DNA from: Chiloscyllium plagiosum
Taxonomy: Eukaryota
Assembly: GCF_004010195.1 (NCBI RefSeq)
Contig: NC_057718.1
Coordinates: 68,784,746 to 68,828,078, forward strand
DNA length: 43,333 bases
Reading direction: 5' to 3'
The notes below the pieces were generated by a model, which was not told the origin of the DNA, did no database searches, and saw only the letters and a program-made list of their open reading frames with translations. Shown piece after piece: positions 13,141 through 24,430 of this stretch (position 1 is the first letter of the stretch; each line of letters opens with the position of its first letter). The position numbers were made by a program, and so were the translations under genes.

Positions 13141-13390
13141 AGGCCTTTTGTTTATATGTAAACAGGTGAGACTTCAGGCCAAAGTGGTCATGTCCTAGAA
13201 GTGACCTGTATAATAAAAGGGGAGTGGTCAGCTCTCTAGCTGAGCAGTTCAGTCCAGAACTAATTAGGAGTTCAATAGTGAGCTGTGTGGAAAATCTCTC
13301 TGCTTATGCCCTTCTAACTTCAATCTATAAGCATTTGTTCCCTTTGTACTGTGTTTTAAAGGGGGTTTGCTTATTGGGACTGTTGTCAAC
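13140..13390 (+). mobile_element. LTR fragment related to the Gmr1-type LTRs
   Basis: CTGTATAATAAAAGGGGAGTGGTCAGCTCTC resembles the reverse complement of 31214-31250 and 17375-17410. Confidence 0.45.
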
Positions 13391-13394
13391 CTAG

Positions 13395-13772
13395 CTTTCT
13401 TACTCCGGGTAATTTTCACCGTTTTTTAAACATTGTAATTGTGTCCATATCCATCACTTCCTCTTGAAGTTCATTCCACACACCAACTGTTCTCTGCATA
13501 GAAAAAGTTGCCTCTCTTGCCCTTTTTAAACCTTCTCCTCTCACCTTAAAAGTATGTCCCCTAGTTTTGAACTCCCCCATCTGAGGGAAAAGACCTTTTC
13601 TATTCACCCTAACTATGCCCCTCTATAAGGTCACCGCTGACTCTCCTAAGCCCCAGTGAACAAAGTCCCAGCCTAACATGCCTAGTTATATAACTCAAAC
13701 CCTCCATTCCTGGCAATGTTATGGTAAATCTTTTCTGAACCCTCTCTAGTTTAATAATATCCTTCCTATAGC
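13395..13772 (-). mobile_element. CR1 LINE 3' fragment
   Basis: [16 protein letters not shown]...TRGHTFKVRG...WNEL. Confidence 0.8.
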
Positions 13773-14711
13773 TTCCTTTTGATATTTCTTGCATCCACCC
13801 AAATGGATTCTTACATCATTCAAGATCATTTCTTGCTAATGTACTCAATCCATCACCTACTAACAAAGTTACCCTTTCCTTACTGCATGTCTTTTTGCCA
13901 TCAATTTTGCCTTTTGTTCCCTCTTGACTCTATTTGCCACTTTTTCATGCATGCATATGCTGGGTCTTTATTTCAAAGGCAATAGAATATAAAAATAGAG
14001 AGGTTTTGTTAAAACTGTGCAAGGCATTAGTCAGACCACAGCTGTGAATGATAAACAGTTTTGGCAAAACAGATTTGATGGATTGAATGACCCACTTCTG
14101 CTCCCATGTCTTCCACTTTCTTCCTGTCCCACTCTGAATATCAAATTAGTTGCTCTGCAATGCGAGCATATCCTTTTGCTTTGCAAGCTTACATTTCCCA
14201 TTTCTCAAATCTTTCCTCTAATTAAAAATATGGGAATGCATGGAATTGTTGAGTGTAGTCTCTCTGCCTGCTCTGATGTCAGCCTAATCATCTTTTTTTC
14301 TAATCCCTGATGAGAAACAAGTGAGAGTGGATGATAATCGTGCTCTGCAATTTGGATCATAGGCCTCACGGACTTTAACTGCTGCCCCTCAACTGAGGTT
14401 GTATTTATTTGCCCTCAATTTTATGTGGGGTAGAGGACAGATTAGGAAAATCTGACAGCCAACAAGCAGGAACATCACCTAGCGGCCAATGGAAGTATTG
14501 GAGGGTTGGGATTAAAAACAAACTGTTTCAAGGTAGCTGAGGAGCCCGAAATCCAGGCCAACAGAAGTCCAAACTTACTTTTGTGTCTGGAACAGTACGC
14601 CTGCTCATCTTGACGTTAACAATTTTTAAAAAAAAATCTGTCTTCATTAATCTTTCTGAGTTCTTTACATGGCAACACTTTGCTCTCTCAAGCAAAAAAT
14701 TATTTTTTTTA

Positions 14712-14793
14712 GGTTAGATTCCCTAGAGTGGAAACAGGCCCTTTGGCCCAACAAGTCCACACCAACCCTCCGAAGAGTAACCCACCCAGTCCC
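14712..14793 (-). mobile_element. HE1 SINE/HER1-type LINE 3' tail fragment
   Basis: GTGGAAACAGGCCCTTTGGCCCAACAAGTCCACACC, as in the other HE1 tails. Confidence 0.7.
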
Positions 14794-14799
14794 TGAGGC

Positions 14800-15900
14800 A
14801 CTGTACTTCTCAACTAAACGTTCGAGTCGACCGAGGGCCAGGGATCTATACATCAGAATTCAAAACTTACCAGGGCCCGCTGGTGAGATCAAGTGCCCAG
14901 ACCCGGAGTCCGATTTCTATCCCTGGCCCTAATTGGTTTAGTGTGTCAATCGCAGGTTTGACTTTTTTTTTTGGCCGAAGAAGATACTGTATTTGCCAGA
15001 CTTTACCTCGATTTACACTTTATTAATAATTAGGCGGATCATTCGGAAAGTGACAAAAATCACAGCTTGGCGCTGATTCAGAAAAAAAAAATTGAGAACA
15101 GTTCCGTTTGAACTACCCTGCCCTGGATTCCTATTATGCATCTGTTCTCAGTTTTTGTAACCAGTTGACACAGCCGGAGAAATCCAATATTGTCGATTAC
15201 TTCCTACCAGGAAACATTCCTCAGTTTTGGAGAGCACATCGAAACGTATTTGCTTTACTGATGGTATAAAAACCGTCTGAGCCGCACCTACAGCGGAGTT
15301 TTTGGCAAGATTATTGTTTTTTTGTGTGACCTGTCGATGGCGCTCCAAGTTGCTTGAAAGGTGACCAAGATTGAGATAGGGTTGTCGTTTTTGAGTGGAG
15401 GATCAAAAATTGTGTATCTAATTGGTTCCCGTGTGCTGGACTGGCTCCTTACCTGAGAGTGGGTGGAAAAAGCGTCTTGAAGGAGGGTCTTATGTTGGAC
15501 GCCTACTTCCTGCTTCAGCAGCTTTCCGACGTGCTATTAGTTGTGAGCAGGGGAATGTGAATCGGCTTGGGAAAGCTACAACATTAATGAGAAGGAAAAA
15601 GAGCGGATGGTTGAGTGAAAGTTGTTTTTGGCTACCTCATGCTGGGATCTTTTTTAACCTGTGTTCAGAGTTTTCCTTTGAAATTTGACCATGGCTCTGA
15701 GTAAAGGATTCCGAGTGTTTCAGAAGCAGGAACCCGGCGGCAGCAGTGTGTTGCTGGAGTCCAGGAGTCGTCAGGATTGCCTCCTCTTCGAGGCTGGGGC
15801 TGTGGCCATTCTCTGTAAGTAACACCAGATTTTCGCGCATGGAATGAACTTTTAAAGAAAGCGGGGTACAGCTGCAACATTTAAACGATATTTTGGATAA
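14800..15900. promoter_or_regulatory. CpG-enriched, largely repeat-free promoter/5' UTR region of SYNJ2
   Basis: Visibly more CpG than the CpG-depleted flanks. Lies directly around the SYNJ2 ATG exon. Reverse CCAAT (ATTGG) at ~15421 and ETS-like ACTTCC at ~15505. Confidence 0.6.
15691..15814 (+). CDS. SYNJ2: Synaptojanin-2, first coding exon (N-terminus, ahead of the Sac1 domain)
   Basis: Kozak-like ACCATGG, then [41 protein letters not shown] + 1 nt, then a GTAAGT donor at 15815. It matches the recalled human SYNJ2 N-terminus (MALSKG...SVLLE...DCLLFEAG) better than SYNJ1 (MAFSKG...EECLMFESG), with the same phase-1 intron. Exon 2 was not found in the window. Confidence 0.9.
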
Positions 15901-16209
15901 TTACATGAATAAGAACTGTTTGGTGGGAACTGTGTAGTTTGGGATTACGGTCGGCATGGATTGTTTGGACCGAACGGTCTGTTTCCGAGCTGTATGACAC
16001 TGGTACTGGGATTGTGACTGCAGCTTTACCTGTACTGTATCTGCACTTTGGCTCCTTTCAGCAAATTCACCCATATCCACAACTGTGCTTGCAGCTTTAA
16101 CAATAACTGTATCCTCAGATTTAGCTGGACCCCCAATTGTGTTTATAGCTTTTTCAATTTTAACTACTGTGCCTGTATCTTTAGCCATATTTGCATTTTC
16201 ACAATTAGA

Positions 16210-16973
16210 AGCATGGAAAATAGGATTAGAAAGCCGCTTGTCCCTTTGAGACTGCTTTGCCATTCAATATGATAATGGCTGACCATCCAACTATGTTTTC
16301 CTCAAACACTTTGATTCCCAAAGTATGATATCTAACTAATTCTTGAAAACATTCAATATTTTGGTCTCGGTTCCACAATTCATCACACTCTGGATGAAGA
16401 AATTTCACCTTATCTCAGTTCTAAATTACCTACTCCATTTCATGACACAAGAATGAAGAACAGGCAATACTGTTTTGTCATTTGATACCATAATGACTGA
16501 TCTCATCTCCGTTCCATTTTCCTGCCCTTTGACTGTGATCCCTGGTCATTGAGAATTTACTTCCTGTGTTTACCCTGCTTAGACCTGTTGGAATTTTATA
16601 AGTTTCTGTGAAGTCTTGCCCACCACCCCTCCATATTCATGTAAACTCCAGTGAATATAGTCGTAACCAGACTAATCTCTCTTCATACATCAATCCTGCC
16701 ATCCCAGGAATCAGGCTGGTAAGCTTGACCTCACTGTCCATAGCCAGACCTTCTTCAAATAAGCAGACCAAAACTGCTTACAATACCAGTGCTGTTAACA
16801 GTTGCAGCGAGACATCCCAGCTCCTATAATCAAATCCTCTTGTTACGAAGGCTAACAAACCACATGCCACCTTCACCACCTGCTGCATCTGTATGCTACC
16901 TCTCAGGGACTGGTGTACAAAGACACCCAGGTCTCACTGCAACTCCCCTTTTCCCAATCTAATGCCATTCAGA
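16210..16973 (-). mobile_element. Old CR1 fragments; host of the Gmr1 insertion (continues at 31376-31475)
   Basis: CR1 RT/3' sequence runs up to the LTR edge and resumes after the other LTR (KYEVIHFRNKNRKADY). Confidence 0.6.
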
Positions 16974-17541
16974 TGTTACGGACCAGGCCAAATCCTGTCA
17001 AAATATTTTAAGAAGGTAGCAGAGAACCTAACTTTTCTAGTTGGTTTAAGCAGATGTAAGCTGAATATTCCAGGAGTGACCCAGTTGGTCAAACTACTCG
17101 GTTAAAAAAAAAACAGAATTTATTTACACACGAACAACAGAAAATCAAATTTAGAATAACATAACTTTTTGAAAACGCAACTGACATGAAAACACAACTT
17201 AACAAAGAATTGTTCCGATTTCTTGCAATATCTCATAACACACCCTTTGGCAAAAAAGTAAACTCAAACACACATTCTAACAGGAGAGGGACTGCAGAGA
17301 GTGAAAGGATCAGCAAGGAACTGTTTCTTTGAGTCCCCAACTAAAACTAACCCAAAAGTATAAAAAAACCCACACTGGGAGAACTGGCCGCTCCGCTTTC
17401 ATTGTTCAAGTGTTCTAAAAAAAACTTAAAAGCCTTTTCAAGTAGATGTTTTCAGACATATCAGAACCTCTGCCTGTAAGATCCCTGTTGGAAAAAATAT
17501 CAAGGACAACATAACCTTATTAAAGGAGCAGCATCATCACA
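16974..17541 (-). repeat. 3' LTR of the Gmr1-type element
   Basis: TGTTA...TCACA ends; diverged direct repeat of 30817-31375; adjacent PPT. Confidence 0.85.
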
Positions 17542-17902
17542 CCTCCCCCACCACCCAAAAAAAGCTTCATTATAAAACCTCAAATCTTACATTGTTAGTA
17601 GCCCACAACACATATACATCACATTAACTGTAAACATGCACTACTATATTCTGTTTCAGCCTGTTTACTCCTGCAACCTAATACCTCCATTTCTCTTCCA
17701 AATCTTGACAATGCATCGGCAATCACATTTTCCTGTCCTGCCACATGCACAATTTTCAAATTGAATGGTTGTAACAACAAGCTCCATCTTAACAGTCTGG
17801 AATTTTTATCCTTAAATTTCTCCACAAACTTCAATGGGCTATGATCAGTGTCTATGACTGTCTGTCTCAGATACACTACTGGTAATATATACAATTGAAA
17901 TA

Positions 17903-19635
17903 TAGTGACGCAAATAATTGGTGGGCTCTCCATTCGTCATCTACCTTAGGTATGTTATGGTGAAGGGTAAAAAGTGGTAAGGTGTGCACTAAAGCACAAT
18001 GTCCATACCAGTCATTCGGTATATATGGGTAGGCCTTGTTTTCATATAGCCAGTGGAGGCTAAATAGAGTTCCAAGGGTGCACTTCTGTGAATGAATGAC
18101 GAGTTGAGTCAGAACAAGGGCTGAATCTTGTAAATAGTGGGTGTTATCAAAAGTTCAGTTATCCAAGTGTATTTGTGGATGGAGAGTAGGTGTACAACCA
18201 GTGTCTTTTATAACATTGTTAAAAGTACTTGTTTCACTTGCCCCATGTCATGGGTACCGGAAGTTCTTTCAATACACCATTCTAATAGTGGAACACCGTT
18301 AACGTTGAGTCCTTTAAGTTTGTTAGTGCACTTCACACAGCAATGCGCTTCTTCTACCGAATGAGTTTTGTCATCGTAGGTAAGGGATTGAATAAATGGG
18401 TGAGTCTTATTCATACATTGTATATCTGATGGAAGAGTGAGCAGACAACACATTGGTCGGGGTGTTTAGCTTGAATAAAGAAACCATTGGCAACAGAAGG
18501 AGGATTGGAGTGCATAGTTTTTTGGTCTGTCTTCACTTTTCAACTTTGTTAACTACAGTAGCTACTGACTGCAGAAGCTGTACAAAGGTATTTCTGCCAG
18601 TAGTGGTAGGTCAGACAGGAGAAGGTTCTGTCGAGAAGGTACAAGTTGACAGTCTCAGAGCAATAGATGCCTTAGGGTTCTGTGATTTCGGTACTATGTG
18701 CTCAAAACTGCAATTCCTATGGTTCACTTTGGGAGAGAAGCAGACAAACATTTCAAAGTAACTATTTTCGGCTGATGAAGTGAATGAAGTTATCGGATCA
18801 TGCCATCTCATGACAACTGGCATGGATGTGTTGTGAGGGTGACAATAATGTTGAAAGTGATGTTTGGATGTGCAATGTGAATAGCTTAAATGAGGTTCAG
18901 CTGGGCATCTGCACTCATAACAGCTTCCAATAGTATTGGTACAAGTTTCATGGAGCTGACAAATTCTATCTTCAGGGGGAGCAGTGGGGAAGATAATACA
19001 TTCATCGTCATCGAAGCATCCCAAAGCACCAATGCCATTGCCAGTGTAGCCATGATTACATTGGCATTCTACACCTAAATTGTTGGGTTTTTTTCTACAA
19101 GTGGCATCGGGGTTATAAGTGGGTCATGTTAGTGTTCTCATTGTATCAGAATCACAATGGGGTAGCAAAATGGGTAGTGGATAGCAGAGTGAATGTTGTT
19201 AATTTCTGCTGTTTTGTGATCATCATGTCATGAGTGTCTTGTCTTGAGTGGTAGTTAACAACGTCAGTGGTGGTGGTGATGGTAGGTGATGATATGATCA
19301 TCTGTGTTGGGGGAAAGAGTCATTGGTGGGCATCTAATGGTCTCATTGCTTCAGCATGTGGCATCCTCCAAAATATCGTTTAGTTTGATAAAATTCATTC
19401 CTATGACATTGTTCATACCAATAAATGTACGTACATCTTAGTCACTTTTCCATTTGATTCATTAGCATTGACAAATTCCGTTCATACAGTCACATTGGAG
19501 GTTTGGCCTGTCGGAGATATTACCGATGGGCAGATTACATCTGGGCACATGTACTTGGATTGGGTTTTGATTGCACTCGTACTAATACTAGAATTGTGAA
19601 GGTGATACAAACTTGCAATTTCCTTTGTAGACCTC
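17903..19635 (-). pseudogene. env: ERV env region with embedded EGF-like modules
   Basis: Hydrophobic LQVCITFTILVLVRVQS overlapping the IN end, Thr-rich segment at ~19260-19300, EGF pair at 18872-19156, CxxC at 18441-18452, SU C-terminal motif at 17975-18052. Multiple frameshifts and stops. Confidence 0.7.
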
Positions 19636-20125
19636 TGTTGAATGTCCTTCTACTTTTACTGCAGTTTCAGTTGTCAGAAGAACTTGATTAGGACCTTTCC
19701 AGTGACGGCCCAATTTTTCTCGATTTAAAGTCTTGCAATAATACGTAGTCACCAGGGTTGATGTCTTTAAACGTTGAACCTTTTTCTTTTTCCTTCCCTG
19801 GTACCAGATAAGATGATAAGACTGCATTTCTTTGGTTAGCTTAATCAGATACCTGTGCATTTCATGCACATTAACAGGATATTGGGTCATTAATGGTGCA
19901 GACCAGGGAATCGTTAGGGGCTTTCCATATACTAGTTTAGCCGCCAAGAATCCCGTCTTTTACTGGTCATGGTTCTCATATTAAAAAGGGCAATCGGGAG
20001 TACTTGCAGCCAATTAAGATCTGTTTCCTCTACCAACTTGCTTAGCTGACCTTTTAAAGTACCATTGGCACTTTCTACAATTCCTGCTGCTTGGGGATGG
20101 TTGGCACAATGGAATCTCTGTAAAT
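19588..20125 (-). pseudogene. pol: ERV integrase C-terminal half
   Basis: HPQAAGIVE..NGTLK and WKGP.QVLLTT.TAVKV motifs typical of class I retroviral integrases. Confidence 0.85.
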
Positions 20126-20399
20126 GTCTGAATATGAATCATGCAGTAAAAGGGGAAACCTGTTGGGGTTCCTGGGGAGAGGGATCAGAAGATTGCTAGC
20201 TTCTTCATTCCAGTGATCAACAGGGGCCTGCCTTGGGAGAGGGCAGTTTTTGGATGAATGTCCTGGTTGGTTACAGTTGAAGCAAATGTCTGGCTGTAGG
20301 GGGTGGGAGAGACAGAGAGGAATAGTAAGAGGATGTGTAGGGAGTAAGGGGCATCATGGACTGTTGGGGAAGGTACATAGGAGGACCCAAGGTTCATAG

Positions 20400-22189
20400 G
20401 GATGTTGTCAATATACAGTACCAGCCCTATTCTCTTGCCATACTAGATAGACCTTCCTGTCCGCAAGGCCAGCTAGGTGATTCAGAGTTCTGGATTTAGA
20501 TCCAGCCCTTGCACTTTGGGCAAATTCAGTCTTGACCTTAACTGTTGAGGCCTTACTGTCGGGTCTTTTAGTTCCCAGAAGTTACATCCTTCTTGAACTG
20601 GTCAACATCGGCATCTTGTCAGTGTATATTATGGTTTTAATAGGTTTCTGTACCTGGTCAGGAAGGACAGTCAATCATAAGGCATTAAGTTGGGGCAATT
20701 GTCCTTGTGGGTACTGAGTGTCACCAGAGTAAGCAGCATAGCAGTCCTAAAGCAGACAAGGAAATCCTCAGCTCCTTTGCTTGAACAAGGTTTACATGTG
20801 AGGACCTTACTCATGTCGATTCCACATTGTACTGCTTCACGGAGGCAGCTATTAATCCAATCTGACTTATTAGGTTCGCCTGGATGCGTAATCATGAGTT
20901 GGGTATGATTATTACATTGTAAAATTTCTAAGAACTTAGTCCATTTTTCAGAGAAAAGAGCGCATTCTATAAAGAAGTCTTGGGAGGCCACATTGTAAAT
21001 GGTCCTAGTCCTATTAATATAACTACTGACTCCTTTGGGATTCTTTCCATAGTCTGGAGCCTTATTGATGATGTGAGAGAGTTCATGAGGCTTCCAAGGT
21101 TGATAAAGATTAACAAATGGATTTTGTCCCTGATCCTGGGCCAGTGGGTTAGGGAGCCTTCCAGTCGGGAAATTTCCTCTTGGCCATTTCATATTAGGGT
21201 GAGTGCAAGGACTAACATTAAAGGTACCTAAACTTTGATTGTAATTCATCAATGTGGCAGTCAAAGGTGCCTTCTCAGGGTTCCTTGCATGTCTTAATCT
21301 CAGTTGATTCCTTGTGCGGGTGGCAGTGGGATTATGGTAGCCTTGATCATCCGAATTCTTCTTATGCTGGACAGGAGAGGCAAATGAGGCAAAAAAAAGG
21401 GTATGGGCCTTGGCACGTTCATCCTCCGAGTAGGAAGGGGGTTCAGGTGCTTTAGTTTCATAGTCAGTGTTCACTTTGGTCATACTATGGGTGGGTTTCA
21501 AGAAATTCCCTGCTGGGGAACCGGAAAAGGTCGGTTAACAGGAGGGCGGGCATAATAAATGATATCCTCCTCCGAATTGGATTTAAATTCCTTGCTTGCA
21601 GGAGAATCATTGTCCTCTAATAATGGGTCTTTGGGATAGGTGGGGTGTAAGGAGCTGTCCTTGTCTGTCTGATCATGCGCAGCTGCAGCCTGATTCTTTC
21701 TAATTTACCACTTTCCTTTTTCTTTGGGGTCCCTGAAATTACAGATTAGGTTGTGGATCTCCGCCTCCTTTTATTTTATGCTATTTTTTTCTCTAGCTAT
21801 CTCCAATTTTGCTTCTAAATCATGTGCTTCATATTTGCATTTTACTTCTGTCCAATCTAATTCAAATCCTTCCTCAGTTAATTGACTGATACCCCTTTTA
21901 ATACATTGTTAACTCCATGATGATTGCATGGAATTTTCCCACTTTTCTTTAGCTACATTTTTCCATGCAGATATGGCTTTTTTCTTTTTACTCCCACAAC
22001 CTTTTTTAAAATTAACTCTTGTTCAGCCTCCATAAGTAAATTTAGATCATGTGTGCCTCTCAGAGGCCAGACCTTATTCTGTTGGGCAGCTGCATCAGAT
22101 ATTCCCCTTTGTTTCTCATAATTAGGATACGTACTCACTATCTCTGTTAAGGGACATTTACTCTCTATCTTATTTGAGGCCACATTCAT
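20400..22189 (-). pseudogene. gag: ERV gag (frameshifted, stops)
   Basis: ORF pieces 21953-22189 and 20671-21501 with MA-like, late-domain-like and CA-like motifs. Confidence 0.75.
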
Positions 22190-22455
22190 ATTTATCCTAT
22201 TTATTGTATACCTTCACAAAATTCTTACCATTGTCTCCTACCTTTGCAAGGTCTCTATTTTTAGTGCCTATTTAAACGATCTCATTCAGGGTGCCATCAG
22301 GGTATGTGAGAGTGAAATGGGGGATGTGGCACACAAAAATGCAGACAGCGAGCAACCAAGTTATAACCTTACCTTGTGGGCCTGTTGGTCTCGAGTCCGA
22401 CCTTTTAGATGAAGCTCTTCTTTCCCAGTTTCACTCTCAAGTATCCCTTGTTGGA

Positions 22456-22473
22456 ACCCTGCTCGCAGCGCCA
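22456..22473 (-). other. Retroviral primer-binding site complementary to tRNA-Ser
   Basis: TGGCGCTGCGAGCAGGGT, 3 nt from the LTR end; 17/18 match to the recalled 3' end of vertebrate tRNA-Ser(TGA) ACCCTGCTCGCTGCGCCA. Confidence 0.75.
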
Positions 22474-23934
22474 AATTGTTAAGTACCTATTTGAGATGGC
22501 TCAGGGAATCCCGAATGGTTCTCTCTTGGTTCGTCCTGGAGATCGTACTCTGTGATAGTCTGGAATATACAACTCTTACAGTTTAGTTTAACTTGTTACC
22601 TTTATTTACCAATAGCATGTTACACTATAGCATAGATACTTACAAGCAAGGCTTGAGCTAAGGTTTTAAAACCATTAGCAGGGGAGCAGCACCAGCTCTC
22701 TCAGGCTACTCCCCTTATTCTGCAAACAAGCTGTCTTTATACAGAAATTGGTACTGAGATTACGAGAAAAACACCGCATGTCCTTAATCAGATAAGCAAC
22801 AATAAAATGGCAAACGTTTGTAGAGGAGGAGAAACTCATTGACAGGTCTGTATATGCTTGCCTGATTAAGCTACATGCACATCACAGTGGGAAACCTTGA
22901 TCCAGCCAGGCCCCAAATGGCCAATTGCTTTGGCTAGATAGCCTTCCCTTTTTAGCTGTACATCATAATGAGGGACTAGTCTAAACTATGTGGGAAAGGT
23001 CATGAGGTAACCTTGCTCAGCTAACATGTCAAGTATCATTGTCCTACAAAATGGCTTTTTCTTTTAAAATCACCTTAGATTCCCAGAATGCAAGTTAAAT
23101 TCATAACCTTCCCAGATCTTGAGCTCCAGGAAAGAACACACTAACATTCAATCCATGACAAGCCAGTGTTCAGTCAAATCAGACCACAGAGTTAATCTTT
23201 CCAACAGCGTCTCTCCCTCGAATGTTATTTACAGAAGAATGTTTTCTCTTTCTCTCTCTCTCATTCACATGAACATCTTCCAATGTCCTTACTGTGTTAT
23301 TCAGCCTTTTGTGTTTTCCTAACCCGTAAGGGTAATGAGACTGTCACACTCTAGAACAGTCAAGATTATGGAATAAAGCTTCATAAATTCAAATCTGCTC
23401 AGTGTGGTATATGTGAAAACGTATCAGGATTGTTTGATTTCGTGTATTTTCCACTTAGCTTATTAAATTAAAAGTTATTTTCCTATTGAGTATGAGTTTT
23501 GTTAAGAGTCTTCGATTATAACCAAAATGTTTAGCTCTCTGACATTCCACAGTGAAATATGCATGCCTCCAGCCCCCGGCGTGAGAAGGAAGTACTGCCA
23601 CACATTCCACAAGTGAAAAAATGTTATTACTTTATTTACACCGATCCATTGACACTAAGAACAGGTGCCCCCAATTCTTCTGAACAAATGCCACCGCCCC
23701 CCCCCCCCCCCCCCCGCCACAATTCTCCTGAACAATTGCCCCCGCCCCCCCCCCCCCCCCCCCCCCGCCATGTCAAGTGCTTTTCCTGCATCTCCTGTAG
23801 CAAATGTGTCACATGTAAGGCTACAAGCTTTCTCATAGTCATCTTGAATGGTTTTTTGTAATTAGGTGTGGCTAATACAAGGGCAGTGGTTAACACAGCT
23901 TTCAGGCTGTCAAGTGCCTTCTGACACAGTCTGC

Positions 23935-24430
23935 TTTTCATCCTGATTCCCATTCAGTCGAAGGAAAATGCTTAGAGCGACAGTAAGCTTTACCTCCTTC
24001 ATCTTTATTCCAGGCCCTGGAGGGAGAGAGAATGATCGCCCACATGCACAGGGACATGAGTTCTCGGTCTTCTCTGGAATAGCAGTTTCTTAATTAATTA
24101 TATAGTCATTTTATGGGGAGGAGCATCCAGATAAGGCAACACACATATTGATTAAGTGACCATTACAGTCAGCAACTGTCAACATTAAAGATTGAGCAAC
24201 CTGCTTATGAACGTTCTTAACCTTAACTGGCTTCACATATGGAATACTTTTCACCTTGGTAAACTGACCTTACATACTGAATGCTTCCACATCTTGTTAA
24301 ATGGCTTTACATAATGAATGCTTTTCCGCCTTGTTAACCTATTGATCTGAGTCATGCTCAGCTGAACCTCTTGCTTCACAAAACTCATAACTCTTTCCCT
24401 ACCTACTTATACCCTATACACATTCTTTCA
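23935..24430 (-). mobile_element. Solo-LTR-like repeat (family B) inserted in the Gmr1 RT/RH junction
   Basis: Homologous to 35374-35937 and 42762-43157; splits the FQWT|ADCQKA coding; AATAAA on minus. Confidence 0.7.

Larger units (their letters stand above)
17903..23206 (-). mobile_element. Class I (gamma/epsilon-like) endogenous retrovirus: 5' LTR, gag, pol reduced to the integrase 3' half, env region truncated near the SU/TM boundary
   Basis: LTR 22477-23206 (TGTT..AACA, minus-strand AATAAA near 22601). PBS at 22456-22473. Gag WPLRGTHDL, PPSY, YQPWKPHEL. Integrase HCANHPQAAGIVESANGTLK..W..VLPIAL..WKGPNQVLLTTETAVKVEG. SU motifs CVVC and WLYENKAYPYIPNDWYGHCAL. Confidence 0.85.

Noticed and set aside
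18872..19156. EGF region as exons of a host gene (e.g. fibrillin or cubilin)
   Set aside because: No splice structure, contiguous across two modules, and embedded collinearly between retroviral IN and SU motifs.
22450..22473. tRNA-Ser 3'-end sequence on the plus strand
   Set aside because: Only about 20 nt including CCA, adjacent to an LTR; it is the retroviral PBS.
23559..23953. Poly-Pro / poly-Gly ORFs
   Set aside because: Produced by poly-C homopolymer runs; no other coding signal.
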